Part shown: positions 38,447 to 47,736 of the stretch, piece by piece
How positions within the stretch are numbered: the stretch's first letter is position 1
How the letters are laid out: each line of letters opens with the position of its first letter
IMG/VR virus record: IMGVR_UViG_3300011774_000001
Coordinates: 96,001-160,000 of that record
Direction: 5' to 3' (one strand)
Origin: a virus
Taxonomy: Duplodnaviria; Caudoviricetes
Length of the DNA stretch: 64,000 nucleotides
Program-made: the position numbers and the translations under genes
Notes under the pieces: model-generated
The model's input: the letters and a program-made list of their open reading frames with translations, nothing else
What the model was told of the DNA's origin: nothing
The model's database searches: none

Positions 38447-39139
38447 ATGCTTCGTCTCAATGATAAGATTGATGGTCTGTTTACCCCAGTTATGGAAGGC
38501 GTCCTTAAGGATCGCTTTGCCTACCTGATCACTCACCGTCCAGGCCTGCCTGGCAAGGAGGTAATGAATCGGGTGCTTGGTGATCTGGTGCTGGGCGAGG
38601 ATGAGCACATTCTCATCATGTGTGGCATGGGTCCTTACACCGCATCTTTCCGCCGGGATAAAAAGACCGAGATCATTCTTGGGTCGCTAACCGAACGCAA
38701 TGTGGCGCTGGAAGATTGGTCCAGCTACATGGCAACTGTCATGGCCAATCTCAAGGCTGCCGGCACCAAGGTCGGTGTGGTCATTCTGGATGGGGTGATC
38801 GACGAGTACGTGGAAGCACTGGCACTTACAGCGCTCAACGAAAAACACGACGTGCCTAATCCAATCAATGCATTCTATCGCCAGATGCGCGGATTGGTTT
38901 GCGGAATACACGAACTACCTCTGGTCGTGCGTCACCAACTGCGCCATGAGTCCATCCTACCCGACGGCATCGAGAACTACAACTGGGACAGCTGGTACCT
39001 TGGGTCCCGCACGCTGGATCAGGAGTTTGATGCCACGGTTCTGGTTTACCAGAATGGCGACGACTACACGGCTGTTCGTGGAAAGCTGCGTGGGGGTGTG
39101 TACAACGCTGGCGAACCTAAACCGAGGGTTAAACTGTGA
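38447..39139 (+). CDS. degenerate DnaB/RecA-like protein
   Basis: VVILD, HQL, YLGSRTLDQEFD, RGKLRG resemble a jumbo-phage DnaB C-terminus; no Walker A. Confidence 0.45.
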   Translation: MLRLNDKIDGLFTPVMEGVLKDRFAYLITHRPGLPGKEVMNRVLGDLVLGEDEHILIMCGMGPYTASFRRDKKTEIILGSLTERNVALEDWSSYMATVMANLKAAGTKVGVVILDGVIDEYVEALALTALNEKHDVPNPINAFYRQMRGLVCGIHELPLVVRHQLRHESILPDGIENYNWDSWYLGSRTLDQEFDATVLVYQNGDDYTAVRGKLRGGVYNAGEPKPRVKL

Positions 39140-39381
39140 AGGTCTTTACCTATTTGTTGTTCACAACCACGATTGTCACCGGTACCACTAAACCGACCGT
39201 GGATACCGACACCACCCACATTCCAGATAAGGCAGGCTGCGTTCAAGCAGTGGCCGACTTTATCAATGAGGGGGCCTACAAGAACTACGGCACTTACGGT
39301 TCTTCTGAAATCAAGCTCGGGGACGGGCTGGTCATGAAGAAAACTGCGAAGTGCTCCAAGATTGGACAAGGGGAAGATTGA
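39136..39381 (+). CDS. hypothetical small protein
   Basis: GTGA and TGATG coupling on both sides. Confidence 0.6.
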   Translation: MKVFTYLLFTTTIVTGTTKPTVDTDTTHIPDKAGCVQAVADFINEGAYKNYGTYGSSEIKLGDGLVMKKTAKCSKIGQGED

Positions 39382-39833
39382 TGGAACTGGCTGAAAAGAT
39401 TCGCCGCATTCAAGAGAAGTTGGGTAAGACCTGCAACGTGTCTCAATGCAGTATCGGCGTTCCTTTGCCGGACCCTGTCATTGTGGATATGGGTGATCAG
39501 ATCATGATCTATGTGCATCTCGATGAAGATGCTAGCCAGATCCAAGCAGGCGAACACGAGAAGCATGCGTGGGAGAAAGCGTACTTCACCGTGTTCGGCC
39601 ACATGTCTTTCAACGACGACCCCATCGAGATCCAAGCCCAGTCGATCTACGACAACTGGACTCGCAAGGGCTTCAAGAAAGACGGCAAGTCTGAACACCC
39701 GGTCGAGAAGGCATTGTTCTATCTCAACCTGGTCATCATGGCCCCAGGTGCCGATGGCTCTCCGAGTTGCTTCGAGAAAGCCAAGACCCTGATCCTCGCG
39801 CACTGCACTGTTGGCAAAGGCGCACCTAAGTAA
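39381..39833 (+). CDS. hypothetical protein
   Basis: Start 39381. Confidence 0.7.
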   Translation: MELAEKIRRIQEKLGKTCNVSQCSIGVPLPDPVIVDMGDQIMIYVHLDEDASQIQAGEHEKHAWEKAYFTVFGHMSFNDDPIEIQAQSIYDNWTRKGFKKDGKSEHPVEKALFYLNLVIMAPGADGSPSCFEKAKTLILAHCTVGKGAPK

Positions 39834-39895
39834 GTTGTACCCTCAATCGGGTTGGGCAGACTCCCAACCCGCACTTGATTCATAAGGAAAGTACC

Positions 39896-40750
39896 ATGAC
39901 CGTAATCGCTACCCCAAACAATCCAACCGGCTCCCGTTCCTTTCGTCATGAACCAGATCGCGAACCCAAGATCTGGCAGGCCCATGAACTGTATCGTGGT
40001 GGTCATCCTGAATGGGTGGGTGAGTATGTACCCAACGCCGGTGACATGGTTGACCTGAACAATGGGCGTTATCTTGACATCTCTTCCATCGACTTCACCA
40101 CATTTGACTGGGTGGCCGAAGAGAAAGAAGGCGATGTCTTCAAGGCCATGCACGATTACAAGTGGCGCCTGGCTGGTGGTAGCACTGAGTCCTCCATGGT
40201 TCATGTGCAAACCAAGACCCGTGATGCGGATGCTGGTTTGGCTGCTCGTGCTAAGGCGGCTGCGCGTAAAGCTGCTGCGCGTACTGCTCGCATGATTCGC
40301 TGGTCGATTACCGCAGCAATCTCGTTGACCATTATCGCGGCAGCGGTGATTGCCACCTATGGCTACAAGACCATGGAGATTGGGCGTGATTCCTTCGAAC
40401 GTACCTGCACGGCCAAACTGAGCAACGGCACTGAAGTCACTGGTCGTCGGGGCTATGTTCAAAAGTATCGTGAGGTCTTCGGCTTCAAGATCGCCAACAC
40501 TCGTGAAGCTTACGAGAAGACCACGCTGGACGTCCGTGGAGCAGCTCTGACGGTGGTTGGCCAATACACCAAGACCAAGCCAGTCAATCCAGAAGACAAC
40601 TCTGTACCGGCTCCTGAGGAGCGCTGGTGGGGTGCTCAGATGGAAGCAGGTGACAAAGAGCGTTTGGTGCTCAAGGGTGCGGACAACTACACCTTCGTCA
40701 TGGGCAAGGGTGTGGCCGTTGTCAAGTACGAAGAATTCTGCAAGGGGTAA
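39896..40750 (+). CDS. single-pass membrane protein
   Basis: Basic AARK linker, then TM ITAAISLTIIAAAVIA. Confidence 0.75.
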   Translation: MTVIATPNNPTGSRSFRHEPDREPKIWQAHELYRGGHPEWVGEYVPNAGDMVDLNNGRYLDISSIDFTTFDWVAEEKEGDVFKAMHDYKWRLAGGSTESSMVHVQTKTRDADAGLAARAKAAARKAAARTARMIRWSITAAISLTIIAAAVIATYGYKTMEIGRDSFERTCTAKLSNGTEVTGRRGYVQKYREVFGFKIANTREAYEKTTLDVRGAALTVVGQYTKTKPVNPEDNSVPAPEERWWGAQMEAGDKERLVLKGADNYTFVMGKGVAVVKYEEFCKG

Positions 40751-40752
40751 CC

Positions 40753-41253
40753 ATGTTCAAAACCAGCGCCGAGGGTAGTAGCTACGCATCTACCACGACC
40801 AAGCGCGTGGAAGAAGTTGATAAGGGGTGCTTTGTATTGGAGCACGTCTCTACGGGGAAAGTTATTGTGGGTGTCTCCGAGCATGTCACTGTCGAGGTTA
40901 ATCGCAATCTCGACAGTCTGTACGGTGAAACCCATAGCAACAAACACCTGAACGAGGTCTGTAAGCGAGACCCAGAAGTAAGAGTTCATGTGTACCCTAC
41001 TAAGACTGTCCGGCAAGCTGAGAAGCTGGCTAAGGAAATCAAAGACAGCGTGGAGCCTAAGTATCTTTTTCTAGGGGACAAACCAGAGAGGAAGAAACCA
41101 TGCCCAGCAAAAGTGAAAAGCAAGCCCGCACCATGCGCGGAGCAGCCCACGACAAAGAGTTCGCGGACAAAGTCGGCATCCCCCAAGATGTCGCCCGAGA
41201 ATACGTCGAAGCCGACCGTAAAGAGCGGGACAAAAAAGAAAGCAAGTAAGTGA
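40753..41253 (+). CDS. degenerate GIY-YIG-like protein
   Basis: GCFVLEH..TGKVIVG.S and H.NK.L; canonical Tyr/Arg absent. Confidence 0.6.
   Translation: MFKTSAEGSSYASTTTKRVEEVDKGCFVLEHVSTGKVIVGVSEHVTVEVNRNLDSLYGETHSNKHLNEVCKRDPEVRVHVYPTKTVRQAEKLAKEIKDSVEPKYLFLGDKPERKKPCPAKVKSKPAPCAEQPTTKSSRTKSASPKMSPENTSKPTVKSGTKKKASK
41100..41249 (+). CDS. small nested protein MPSKSEKQARTMRGAAHD... (49 aa)
   Basis: Own SD GAGG; resembles a widespread small phage protein (MPSKS..Q..M..AAH...A.KVGIP..VA); not in ORF track. Confidence 0.7.
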   Translation: MPSKSEKQARTMRGAAHDKEFADKVGIPQDVAREYVEADRKERDKKESK

Positions 41254-41255
41254 CT

Positions 41256-41283
41256 GGCGCCGGGGCAACCCGGCGTCTTTCTA
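41256..41283 (+). terminator. hairpin terminator
   Basis: GGCGCCGGG-GCAA-CCCGGCGTC-TTT. Confidence 0.7.
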
Positions 41284-41292
41284 TATGTCGTT

Positions 41293-41673
41293 ATGGAGAA
41301 TACCATGGAATTCACTCGCACTCAGATTGCTGCTGCCCTCAAGGGTATCAACACAGCCATCAATACCAGTGTCCCAGAAAGTCCTGAGACCCAGATCAGC
41401 ACCCAAATCACCGTGGCCCTGCAAGTGGATGACAATCGCGGGAATGATGTTGTTGCCCGTGGTGTGGTTCTTGAAGGTGAGACCATTGATGAGGTCTCCC
41501 AACAGTTGTTGAACAGTGCCTTTGACAAGGCCATCCGCGGCTGCACAGTTATCCATGGTCTGAAAGAGGGCGATGCTCTCAAGAACCAGGCCTTGTACAA
41601 ACGTGTAGTGATGATGGACGAGGCTATCCGTGCTCGTGCTGAATACGTTGCCGAGATGGGGGAGAACCTGTGA
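41293..41673 (+). CDS. hypothetical protein
   Basis: ORF; start may be 41305. Confidence 0.7.
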   Translation: MENTMEFTRTQIAAALKGINTAINTSVPESPETQISTQITVALQVDDNRGNDVVARGVVLEGETIDEVSQQLLNSAFDKAIRGCTVIHGLKEGDALKNQALYKRVVMMDEAIRARAEYVAEMGENL

Positions 41674-42074
41674 AGGAAGCATTTAAAGCAAGTGCAAAGA
41701 ACTTCTTCAACTGGCTCAGCTGGAGAAAGGTTCGTCGGGCCTGCTACTGGCTTCTGTTTGCTTGGGTGCTGTTGTTTGGCCTGAGCAGCTGTACGATGAA
41801 GTGGGTCAAGATGAATGCCATTTCCTCGTACATGAAAACGTTGGACCCACAAGAACTGCGGGACACCGTTAACTGGCGTCGTGCCAACTGGATCAACACC
41901 TGCGTCAACAATGGTGCGGCGGGTGTGTTGGGTGGGGCTACCATTGCAGCCGATGCCATTGAGGCATGTAAGCGCACTGGCTTCGAATTGTTCCCGGAAC
42001 AAGACTGGGCAGCATTGGCCAAAGCCAACCGTAACGAATCGTACGAACAGTTTCTTTGGGATACCCGTCCATGA
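41670..42074 (+). CDS. membrane-anchored protein
   Basis: TM segment ending LSSC (lipobox-like). Confidence 0.7.
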   Translation: MKEAFKASAKNFFNWLSWRKVRRACYWLLFAWVLLFGLSSCTMKWVKMNAISSYMKTLDPQELRDTVNWRRANWINTCVNNGAAGVLGGATIAADAIEACKRTGFELFPEQDWAALAKANRNESYEQFLWDTRP

Positions 42075-42397
42075 CGCGCAGTAAGTTTGACCTGACCATC
42101 TGGCATAAGCTGGGTATCTACATCGGGCTGCTGATGATCATTGTGGGTGGGTTGATGTACATCCCCACCTACGTGCACCACAAGTTGGAAGCCGAGAAGC
42201 ATGCCCGTGAACAGGGTAATCCGATCTGGCTGGAAATGGACAACGTCCGCAAGCGCAAAGCTTACTTCGACGAGTGTCGCACCATGCCCAAGTTGCCGGG
42301 CGACATTCCAAACGTTACCTGCCTGGGCGAAGCCAATAACCTTTACCCAGATCGCAACTGGAAACAAGTTGCTGCAGACAATCTGAAGGGGAAGTAA
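42071..42397 (+). CDS. membrane-anchored protein
   Basis: N-terminal TM; ATGA coupling. Confidence 0.7.
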   Translation: MTRSKFDLTIWHKLGIYIGLLMIIVGGLMYIPTYVHHKLEAEKHAREQGNPIWLEMDNVRKRKAYFDECRTMPKLPGDIPNVTCLGEANNLYPDRNWKQVAADNLKGK

Positions 42398-44008
42398 ATG
42401 TACTACCAGATCAAGAATACTGGTGTTCCACAGTTCAGCGCTTTCCGGGTTACTCGTGCTAACTTCACCGGCGAGGCTTTCGACAATGCTCCGTTCGAAG
42501 GAGATACCGGTCACAACTGGCTGGAAATCGCGATGCGCGATGGCGTGGTATCGTTGGTGCCTAGTGGTGAAACCACGTACGCGGTGTGGGGTGTGCGCAC
42601 GCCTGATGGCGAGATTATGTTGGCGTCTCCGGGCGACTACATTATTCAAACCATGGATACCTACGCCATTCACGTCTGCCCAGGTCCTCTCTGGGAACTT
42701 CTCGCCGAACTCGTACCGGAAAGAGAGGCGGAACCGCTCCCTACACCTGAAGAAGTGGAACAGGCGGTGATCGATGCCCAAGGTCGTGTTGAGCGCGCTT
42801 ACGAAGTTCTGGAGGATGTTCGTCGCAAGGTTCTCTACGGTAACAACGTGAACTGGGGTGAGTTGGTCGAACAGTTCAAGCGGGATGTTGAAGCGGTCTT
42901 GGGTGAGCATGTGCCTGAAGATTTCGAAGACCTCAAGGCCAATCTCAAGATGTGTTCTGACGGGCACGCTGGCATTCACCCAATGGACCCAAGCAAGATC
43001 AACATGCGTCACCTGGCGATGGGTACCCATCGACTGGCCTACAACTGGATCGACGGTGCGGGCGCTGCAGTCATGCAGCAACAACTAGCCTTCGCCAAGA
43101 ATGTATTCGGCGAGCAGAAGCCCGATGGTTGGGAGAACACCGAGAAGCACATCGACGAATGTGCCGAGCGTGAAGATTTTGTAGCAGGTGTTCCCAGACA
43201 AGATCTTCAAAAGACCAAGATCGCTCGCAAGGCTCAGGGTACCAGAGACTACTGCGTGGCCATGTACCACAATGGGGGAGATCTTTCTCCAGCTCAGTGG
43301 GAGAAGGTTCGCTGGTCCATGGCTTGGGCCAAAATGATTCTCGGTGACCCGGTCAGTGAAAGCGATGATCCGATCTACGATGAGTTGGCCAAGCGCGCGC
43401 AATATGGTGAGCACAGGCCACGGGAAGCTGCTGCTGAGAACTTCTTCCCAACCATCACAGCGGAGCCAGCGCAGGAAGTTCCACCGGGCGCAGGCTTTGC
43501 CGCATTGAAAGGTGCGGTAGATCAGCGTGAAGCTGACGATGACCTGGCCTTCCAGATGAACGAATACTGCGACCAAGCCCATCGGATGTTCGAGCGTCTG
43601 AAAACAGGTGAGCAGTTCGACTGGAAAGGTTTCCATGCTGTGGGGTTGGAGATTGCTGACCCAGAAAAGTTGGATCAGAGCCTGGTGTTCTGCAAGGTTG
43701 TGTTCATTGCGGAAGTGTTGTCTCACCAGCAGAATGTAACCCATACCGACTACTTGGTGGCGGAGACTCAGGCAGGCATTGTCCGGCGTCAGCGCGAAGA
43801 CAAGTACAAGGCATTGGAGTACGTCAACACTGCTCGGATGTGGATCTTTGAAACTGCATCTACCGAAGAGCGTGACTGGTGGGACATGGAAAAGAAACTG
43901 ATCTGGGCCAAGGTCATTCTGGCGATTCATGAAGAAACGCCTGAAGACTTCGACCGCATCGTCAAAGCCGTATCTCACATGATCGGCTCTCATCCTCTGG
44001 GTGAGTAA
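42398..44008 (+). CDS. hypothetical protein with PGDY-motif N-domain and helical repeats
   Basis: TPDGEIMLASPGDYII; repeated WAK.IL segments. Confidence 0.75.
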   Translation: MYYQIKNTGVPQFSAFRVTRANFTGEAFDNAPFEGDTGHNWLEIAMRDGVVSLVPSGETTYAVWGVRTPDGEIMLASPGDYIIQTMDTYAIHVCPGPLWELLAELVPEREAEPLPTPEEVEQAVIDAQGRVERAYEVLEDVRRKVLYGNNVNWGELVEQFKRDVEAVLGEHVPEDFEDLKANLKMCSDGHAGIHPMDPSKINMRHLAMGTHRLAYNWIDGAGAAVMQQQLAFAKNVFGEQKPDGWENTEKHIDECAEREDFVAGVPRQDLQKTKIARKAQGTRDYCVAMYHNGGDLSPAQWEKVRWSMAWAKMILGDPVSESDDPIYDELAKRAQYGEHRPREAAAENFFPTITAEPAQEVPPGAGFAALKGAVDQREADDDLAFQMNEYCDQAHRMFERLKTGEQFDWKGFHAVGLEIADPEKLDQSLVFCKVVFIAEVLSHQQNVTHTDYLVAETQAGIVRRQREDKYKALEYVNTARMWIFETASTEERDWWDMEKKLIWAKVILAIHEETPEDFDRIVKAVSHMIGSHPLGE

Positions 44009-44010
44009 CA

Positions 44011-44050
44011 GCATAACTCCCGCCCTCGAAAGGGGCGGGAGCCTATGTCG
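44011..44050 (+). terminator. hairpin flanked by GCATA/TATG
   Basis: GCATA-a-CTCCCGCCCTC-GAAA-GGGGCGGGAG-cc-TATG. Confidence 0.75.
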
Positions 44051-44100
44051 TCATCTATTAATTTTTGGCCTAATGGTAAAGCCAATTTGGAAAATGTGCC

Positions 44101-44982
44101 ATGAACATTGTCGCTTTGAAAGCAGCCAGGAACGATCTGGTTGCCAATGTGTTTGCTAAGATCTTGGGCGATTGGTCTGAGATCCCTGGTCTGCGTACCT
44201 GGAAGACTAACTTGGAAGTGGCCTATCACCACACCAAGCGGATGGGTACCACTATCGGGTTGTTCAGCAACCTGCCTGGTAAGTTGGGGCGTGAGAACTT
44301 TGAACAGCCGTTCTTTCAAGTACAGGCTGAGAAGCTCCCATTCAAGCTTACAAACGTCGAAGGGTGGAAGGTCAACTTCGGTCTTAACGAATACCTAAAA
44401 GAGCGCTACAGCGAATGTGCGGCGTTGCTGGTACCGTTCCTGACGTACGCAACCGTGCTTTACCACAATCGACAGAATCAACTGTGGAGCGTGGAAGTAG
44501 GCAACTGGCGTAAGGGTGAGCCACTTGTGGTAAACTTTGCCAGTGGCAAGAGTCTGGTCAAGTTGGCGTTGTACGGTCACGTGCTCATGCGCGATGTAGA
44601 TCTGATTGACCTCTACACGGTCAAGCCTACCACTCTGTCATTGCCAGACGTAACCCAGGCCCAAACGTCGGTGATGGATACTTATTCCGATGAGCGTATC
44701 ATTCACGAGTTGATGGCCAATCGTCAGGGTAAGCCCATTTTCTTTGGTGGGCAGGATCGGGTGGTTGGGACATACGACAATGTCCGACTCACTCAGGACG
44801 GCATTACCCTGGACGCTGCGCTGATCGACCCGAACGAATGGTCCAGCGGTGGTATGCATGTGGCGGTTATTCCTCGTCAGCGTCATGATACGAAACGCAG
44901 CGGACGAAAGTACACCAAGCGTTACATAACCCCACACACTGAACTTGAGGTCAGACTTCTGGCCACCAATAAAAAGGAATAG
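44101..44982 (+). CDS. hypothetical protein
   Basis: 293-aa ORF. Confidence 0.7.
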   Translation: MNIVALKAARNDLVANVFAKILGDWSEIPGLRTWKTNLEVAYHHTKRMGTTIGLFSNLPGKLGRENFEQPFFQVQAEKLPFKLTNVEGWKVNFGLNEYLKERYSECAALLVPFLTYATVLYHNRQNQLWSVEVGNWRKGEPLVVNFASGKSLVKLALYGHVLMRDVDLIDLYTVKPTTLSLPDVTQAQTSVMDTYSDERIIHELMANRQGKPIFFGGQDRVVGTYDNVRLTQDGITLDAALIDPNEWSSGGMHVAVIPRQRHDTKRSGRKYTKRYITPHTELEVRLLATNKKE

Positions 44983-44984
44983 CC

Positions 44985-45491
44985 ATGCTGTACATCTACG
45001 GGGAAGCACACTTTCAACCCGAATCGGTCAAATTCATTCGAGACGAGATCGAACGTATCCGCCCTCACGTTTTGATTCACGAGTTGGTTAACGATGCTGT
45101 GCTGTCCGTCCGGGATGTCAAGGCACAGTTGTCCCACTGCGATGGCAAGGACTGGTGTGACCCAGATGTCAACATCGACATCTTCCAGTTGGCTGCCAAG
45201 CTGAAGATCCCTCTCATGGGGTGTGACCTGTCCAAGGCACAGCTGCAACTGAATAAGGCCTACCCATTGGCCGAGCAATTCGCCCTGCGCGAGAAACGCA
45301 TGCTGGAGGTCTTGCGCGTGGTACCTAACTCTCGGTTCGCCCGAGTTGTTTGTGTGGTGGGTGACATTCACCTGCGCACTAAGCCCAACAAAGACTTGGG
45401 TGAGGCATCTGTACTCGCCCAGGCTATCAAAAATAAATCCCTCAAGGCAGACGTTGTCCGCTGCCCAGAGCAATGGAGAGAAGCAGAATGA
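44985..45491 (+). CDS. TraB/ChaN/EreA-like metal-binding hydrolase fold
   Basis: YGEAH, IHE, GCD, RE..M, VVGDIH. Confidence 0.6.
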   Translation: MLYIYGEAHFQPESVKFIRDEIERIRPHVLIHELVNDAVLSVRDVKAQLSHCDGKDWCDPDVNIDIFQLAAKLKIPLMGCDLSKAQLQLNKAYPLAEQFALREKRMLEVLRVVPNSRFARVVCVVGDIHLRTKPNKDLGEASVLAQAIKNKSLKADVVRCPEQWREAE

Positions 45492-45943
45492 AAAAGCGAT
45501 TCCCTGTTCACATCCCTAACTACCTGAGCATCAAAAGTCCTCAGTGGATCTTTGACGAAATGGTCAAGGGCAACCACATTCATCTCTGCAAGATTGGCCT
45601 GTACCTTGGTGATGAACCATTCTTGTCTTCCGCCAAAGATCTGGAACCGAAGGCAGTTGATCTGGATACCCCGGTGCCTAGCACCTCTGCTCTGTCTCAT
45701 CGCCTGCGAGTTGTGGCAGAGATCAAGGACTTCGCTTTGGAAGGCGACAAGATCTACATCGACGTAGAAACCATCGAAGGCTTCTCCGTGGAAAGCCCTA
45801 ACTGGGAAGCTGCGTGCAACTATACCCCATTGGGTGCCGACCCAGGGAATTACCGCATGCACATCGTTCTCAAGAACATCGGTGGGGACGATCTGTACGC
45901 ATTGTCTCCAACGATGATCGAGGTGGCAGATGTCGCTCCTTAA
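45488..45943 (+). CDS. hypothetical protein
   Basis: ATGA coupling at 45488. Confidence 0.7.
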   Translation: MKKRFPVHIPNYLSIKSPQWIFDEMVKGNHIHLCKIGLYLGDEPFLSSAKDLEPKAVDLDTPVPSTSALSHRLRVVAEIKDFALEGDKIYIDVETIEGFSVESPNWEAACNYTPLGADPGNYRMHIVLKNIGGDDLYALSPTMIEVADVAP

Positions 45944-46226
45944 GTGGTGGGCTAAGCGTCGTCTGCGAAAGCATGCGACGTACATCCGCTGGCTACGCAT
46001 TCAAGTGCTGGCCAAAGAAGTCATGCAAGAAGGTATTGCCATAGACGACCGGTACAAGGTTCGTTGTGGCTGGTGTAACTGCGAGGAGTGTGCCTGCGAC
46101 ATGGGGCGCAATCGCCGGCTCAAAGCAGTTCGCGGTGATCTACAGGCGATTCATACCGAATACCATCTCACCCTTAAAAACGGTGTGGGTGTCATTGATG
46201 ACCTGGAGGCAAGGCTAAATGATTAG
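45930..46226 (+). CDS. Cys-cluster small protein
   Basis: CGWCNCEECAC. Confidence 0.65.
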   Translation: MSLLKWWAKRRLRKHATYIRWLRIQVLAKEVMQEGIAIDDRYKVRCGWCNCEECACDMGRNRRLKAVRGDLQAIHTEYHLTLKNGVGVIDDLEARLND

Positions 46227-46488
46227 TAGACTGATCCATCGCTGGCGTGTGGGGCGGATGCTAAAACAACTGGACCGTGAGCATGTTGCTGAACGGGCTC
46301 GGTTCCTGGAGAAGATCAAGAAGGAAGGGTTTACTCTTCTGGACGATTCTCAGGTGGTCTGTGATCACTGTGGGGCAAACTGTGGGCAGTGTGGCATTGG
46401 GGTGCGTGCGCACCGATTGACGCAGCAATACGACGTGCTCAATGCCGCACATCAACTTACGCGTGAATCCTTCTTACGGAATGTCTGA
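46219..46488 (+). CDS. Cys-cluster small protein
   Basis: CDHCGANCGQC. Confidence 0.65.
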   Translation: MISRLIHRWRVGRMLKQLDREHVAERARFLEKIKKEGFTLLDDSQVVCDHCGANCGQCGIGVRAHRLTQQYDVLNAAHQLTRESFLRNV

Positions 46489-47072
46489 TGGCTAAGACTT
46501 ACGCTGGAGTGGGGTCAAGGGATACCCCGCAGGACATTCTGGACATCATGTACCGAATGGCCAAAGTGTTGTGTGACCTTGGATGGATAGGTAACTCCGG
46601 CGAAGCCCCTGGTGCGGATTGGTATTTCCATCAGGGGGCCAAAGCCAGTAGTAACTACGGTCCGGGGGCGTTCAATGCAATCATCCCTTGGAACGGCTTC
46701 AAATCGCAGAACGAAGTCAAGGTGTATCAACACGAGGGCAACAACATTTACGTCATGCCGCGCAGACGCAGTAAGCGGGCGGAGATGTTGGGGATTGGGG
46801 CAAGGGGTACATACGCCGGTCTGAACACACCGGGCAAGATTGCACTGCATTCCCGCAATGCGATGCAGGTCTTGGGCATGGATCTGATGAGCCCTGTCAA
46901 GTTCCTGATCTGCTGGGCACAGCCTGTGGGCAAACAGGGCAAGGTGAAGGGTGGTACCAACACAGCAGTAGCGTTGGCACTGCACTTCGGTATCGACGTA
47001 ATTAACTTGGCGACTCCGAACGGATTGAACAGGGCAATGACATTCCTGGAGGAGTATGAGGAGGCAGCATGA
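46488..47072 (+). CDS. DprA/SLOG-family protein
   Basis: YAGVGSRDTP, SGEAPGAD, RNAMQVLG, GGTNTA. Confidence 0.85.
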   Translation: MAKTYAGVGSRDTPQDILDIMYRMAKVLCDLGWIGNSGEAPGADWYFHQGAKASSNYGPGAFNAIIPWNGFKSQNEVKVYQHEGNNIYVMPRRRSKRAEMLGIGARGTYAGLNTPGKIALHSRNAMQVLGMDLMSPVKFLICWAQPVGKQGKVKGGTNTAVALALHFGIDVINLATPNGLNRAMTFLEEYEEAA

Positions 47073-47158
47073 GTGGTCATAAACCAGAGCCGTGTACGCC
47101 ACCCTATCATCCACCGCCACCAGATCCAGAGCCGGTTCCGGCGGATAAGGGGAAGTAA
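47069..47158 (+). CDS. 29-aa proline-rich microprotein
   Basis: MSGHKPEPCTPPYHPPPPDPEPVPADKGK; SD GAGGAGG; ATGA and TAAATG coupling. Confidence 0.6.
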   Translation: MSGHKPEPCTPPYHPPPPDPEPVPADKGK

Positions 47159-47506
47159 ATGGCAAAGAAAAGAAACAGTGAGCAGGTCATCCCGCGTAGT
47201 GTAATCATTGAGTACGACGAAGATGACCTGCCATCGGAGGCCAAAGTTGCGGAATTCGTAATGGACGGCATCCACCAGTTTGAATGGGAGGGTGACTTGA
47301 AAGACCCCTACATTCGGGCAAAAAAGGTTGTTGGCTATCTGCGTGACTTCCTGTGGGGCGATGGTTACTTACACGCATCTGTCGTTCCCCGCGACGGAGA
47401 TAAGACTCTGCCAGAGGGTTGGCGGTCTACTCACGAATTCAAAGCGATGACGAGTCCAAGTGGACGAATCATTAAACTCGTTCTTATGCCACGAGAGGTG
47501 GAGTAG
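47159..47506 (+). CDS. hypothetical protein
   Basis: Operon continuity. Confidence 0.7.
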   Translation: MAKKRNSEQVIPRSVIIEYDEDDLPSEAKVAEFVMDGIHQFEWEGDLKDPYIRAKKVVGYLRDFLWGDGYLHASVVPRDGDKTLPEGWRSTHEFKAMTSPSGRIIKLVLMPREVE

Positions 47507-47508
47507 CT

Positions 47509-47736
47509 ATGGCTAACGAAGCGTGGCGGGAGTGGTGTAAGGGTTGTCGGCACATCAACGACCAGACACCCTCGCAGCACTGTTACATGTTTCGCGATCA
47601 ACCAGAACACACCTGTGCACAAAACACGGTGACTATGGAACAGGCTAAAAAGGACGGCAAGGTCCTTAGCCTTCATCAGGTGTCCGAGTTGGACATCGCA
47701 GAATGCGTTGGGAGAAATAACAATGAATTCCAGTAA
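47509..47736 (+). CDS. Cys-rich small protein
   Basis: CKGC..HCYMF..TC; SD GGAG. Confidence 0.65.
   Translation: MANEAWREWCKGCRHINDQTPSQHCYMFRDQPEHTCAQNTVTMEQAKKDGKVLSLHQVSELDIAECVGRNNNEFQ

Noticed and set aside
42386-42400. Other genes ending in GK-stop (42397, 47158) as frameshift sites
   Set aside because: AAG GGG AAG is not an X_XXY_YYZ heptamer, and the next gene has its own ATG directly after the stop.
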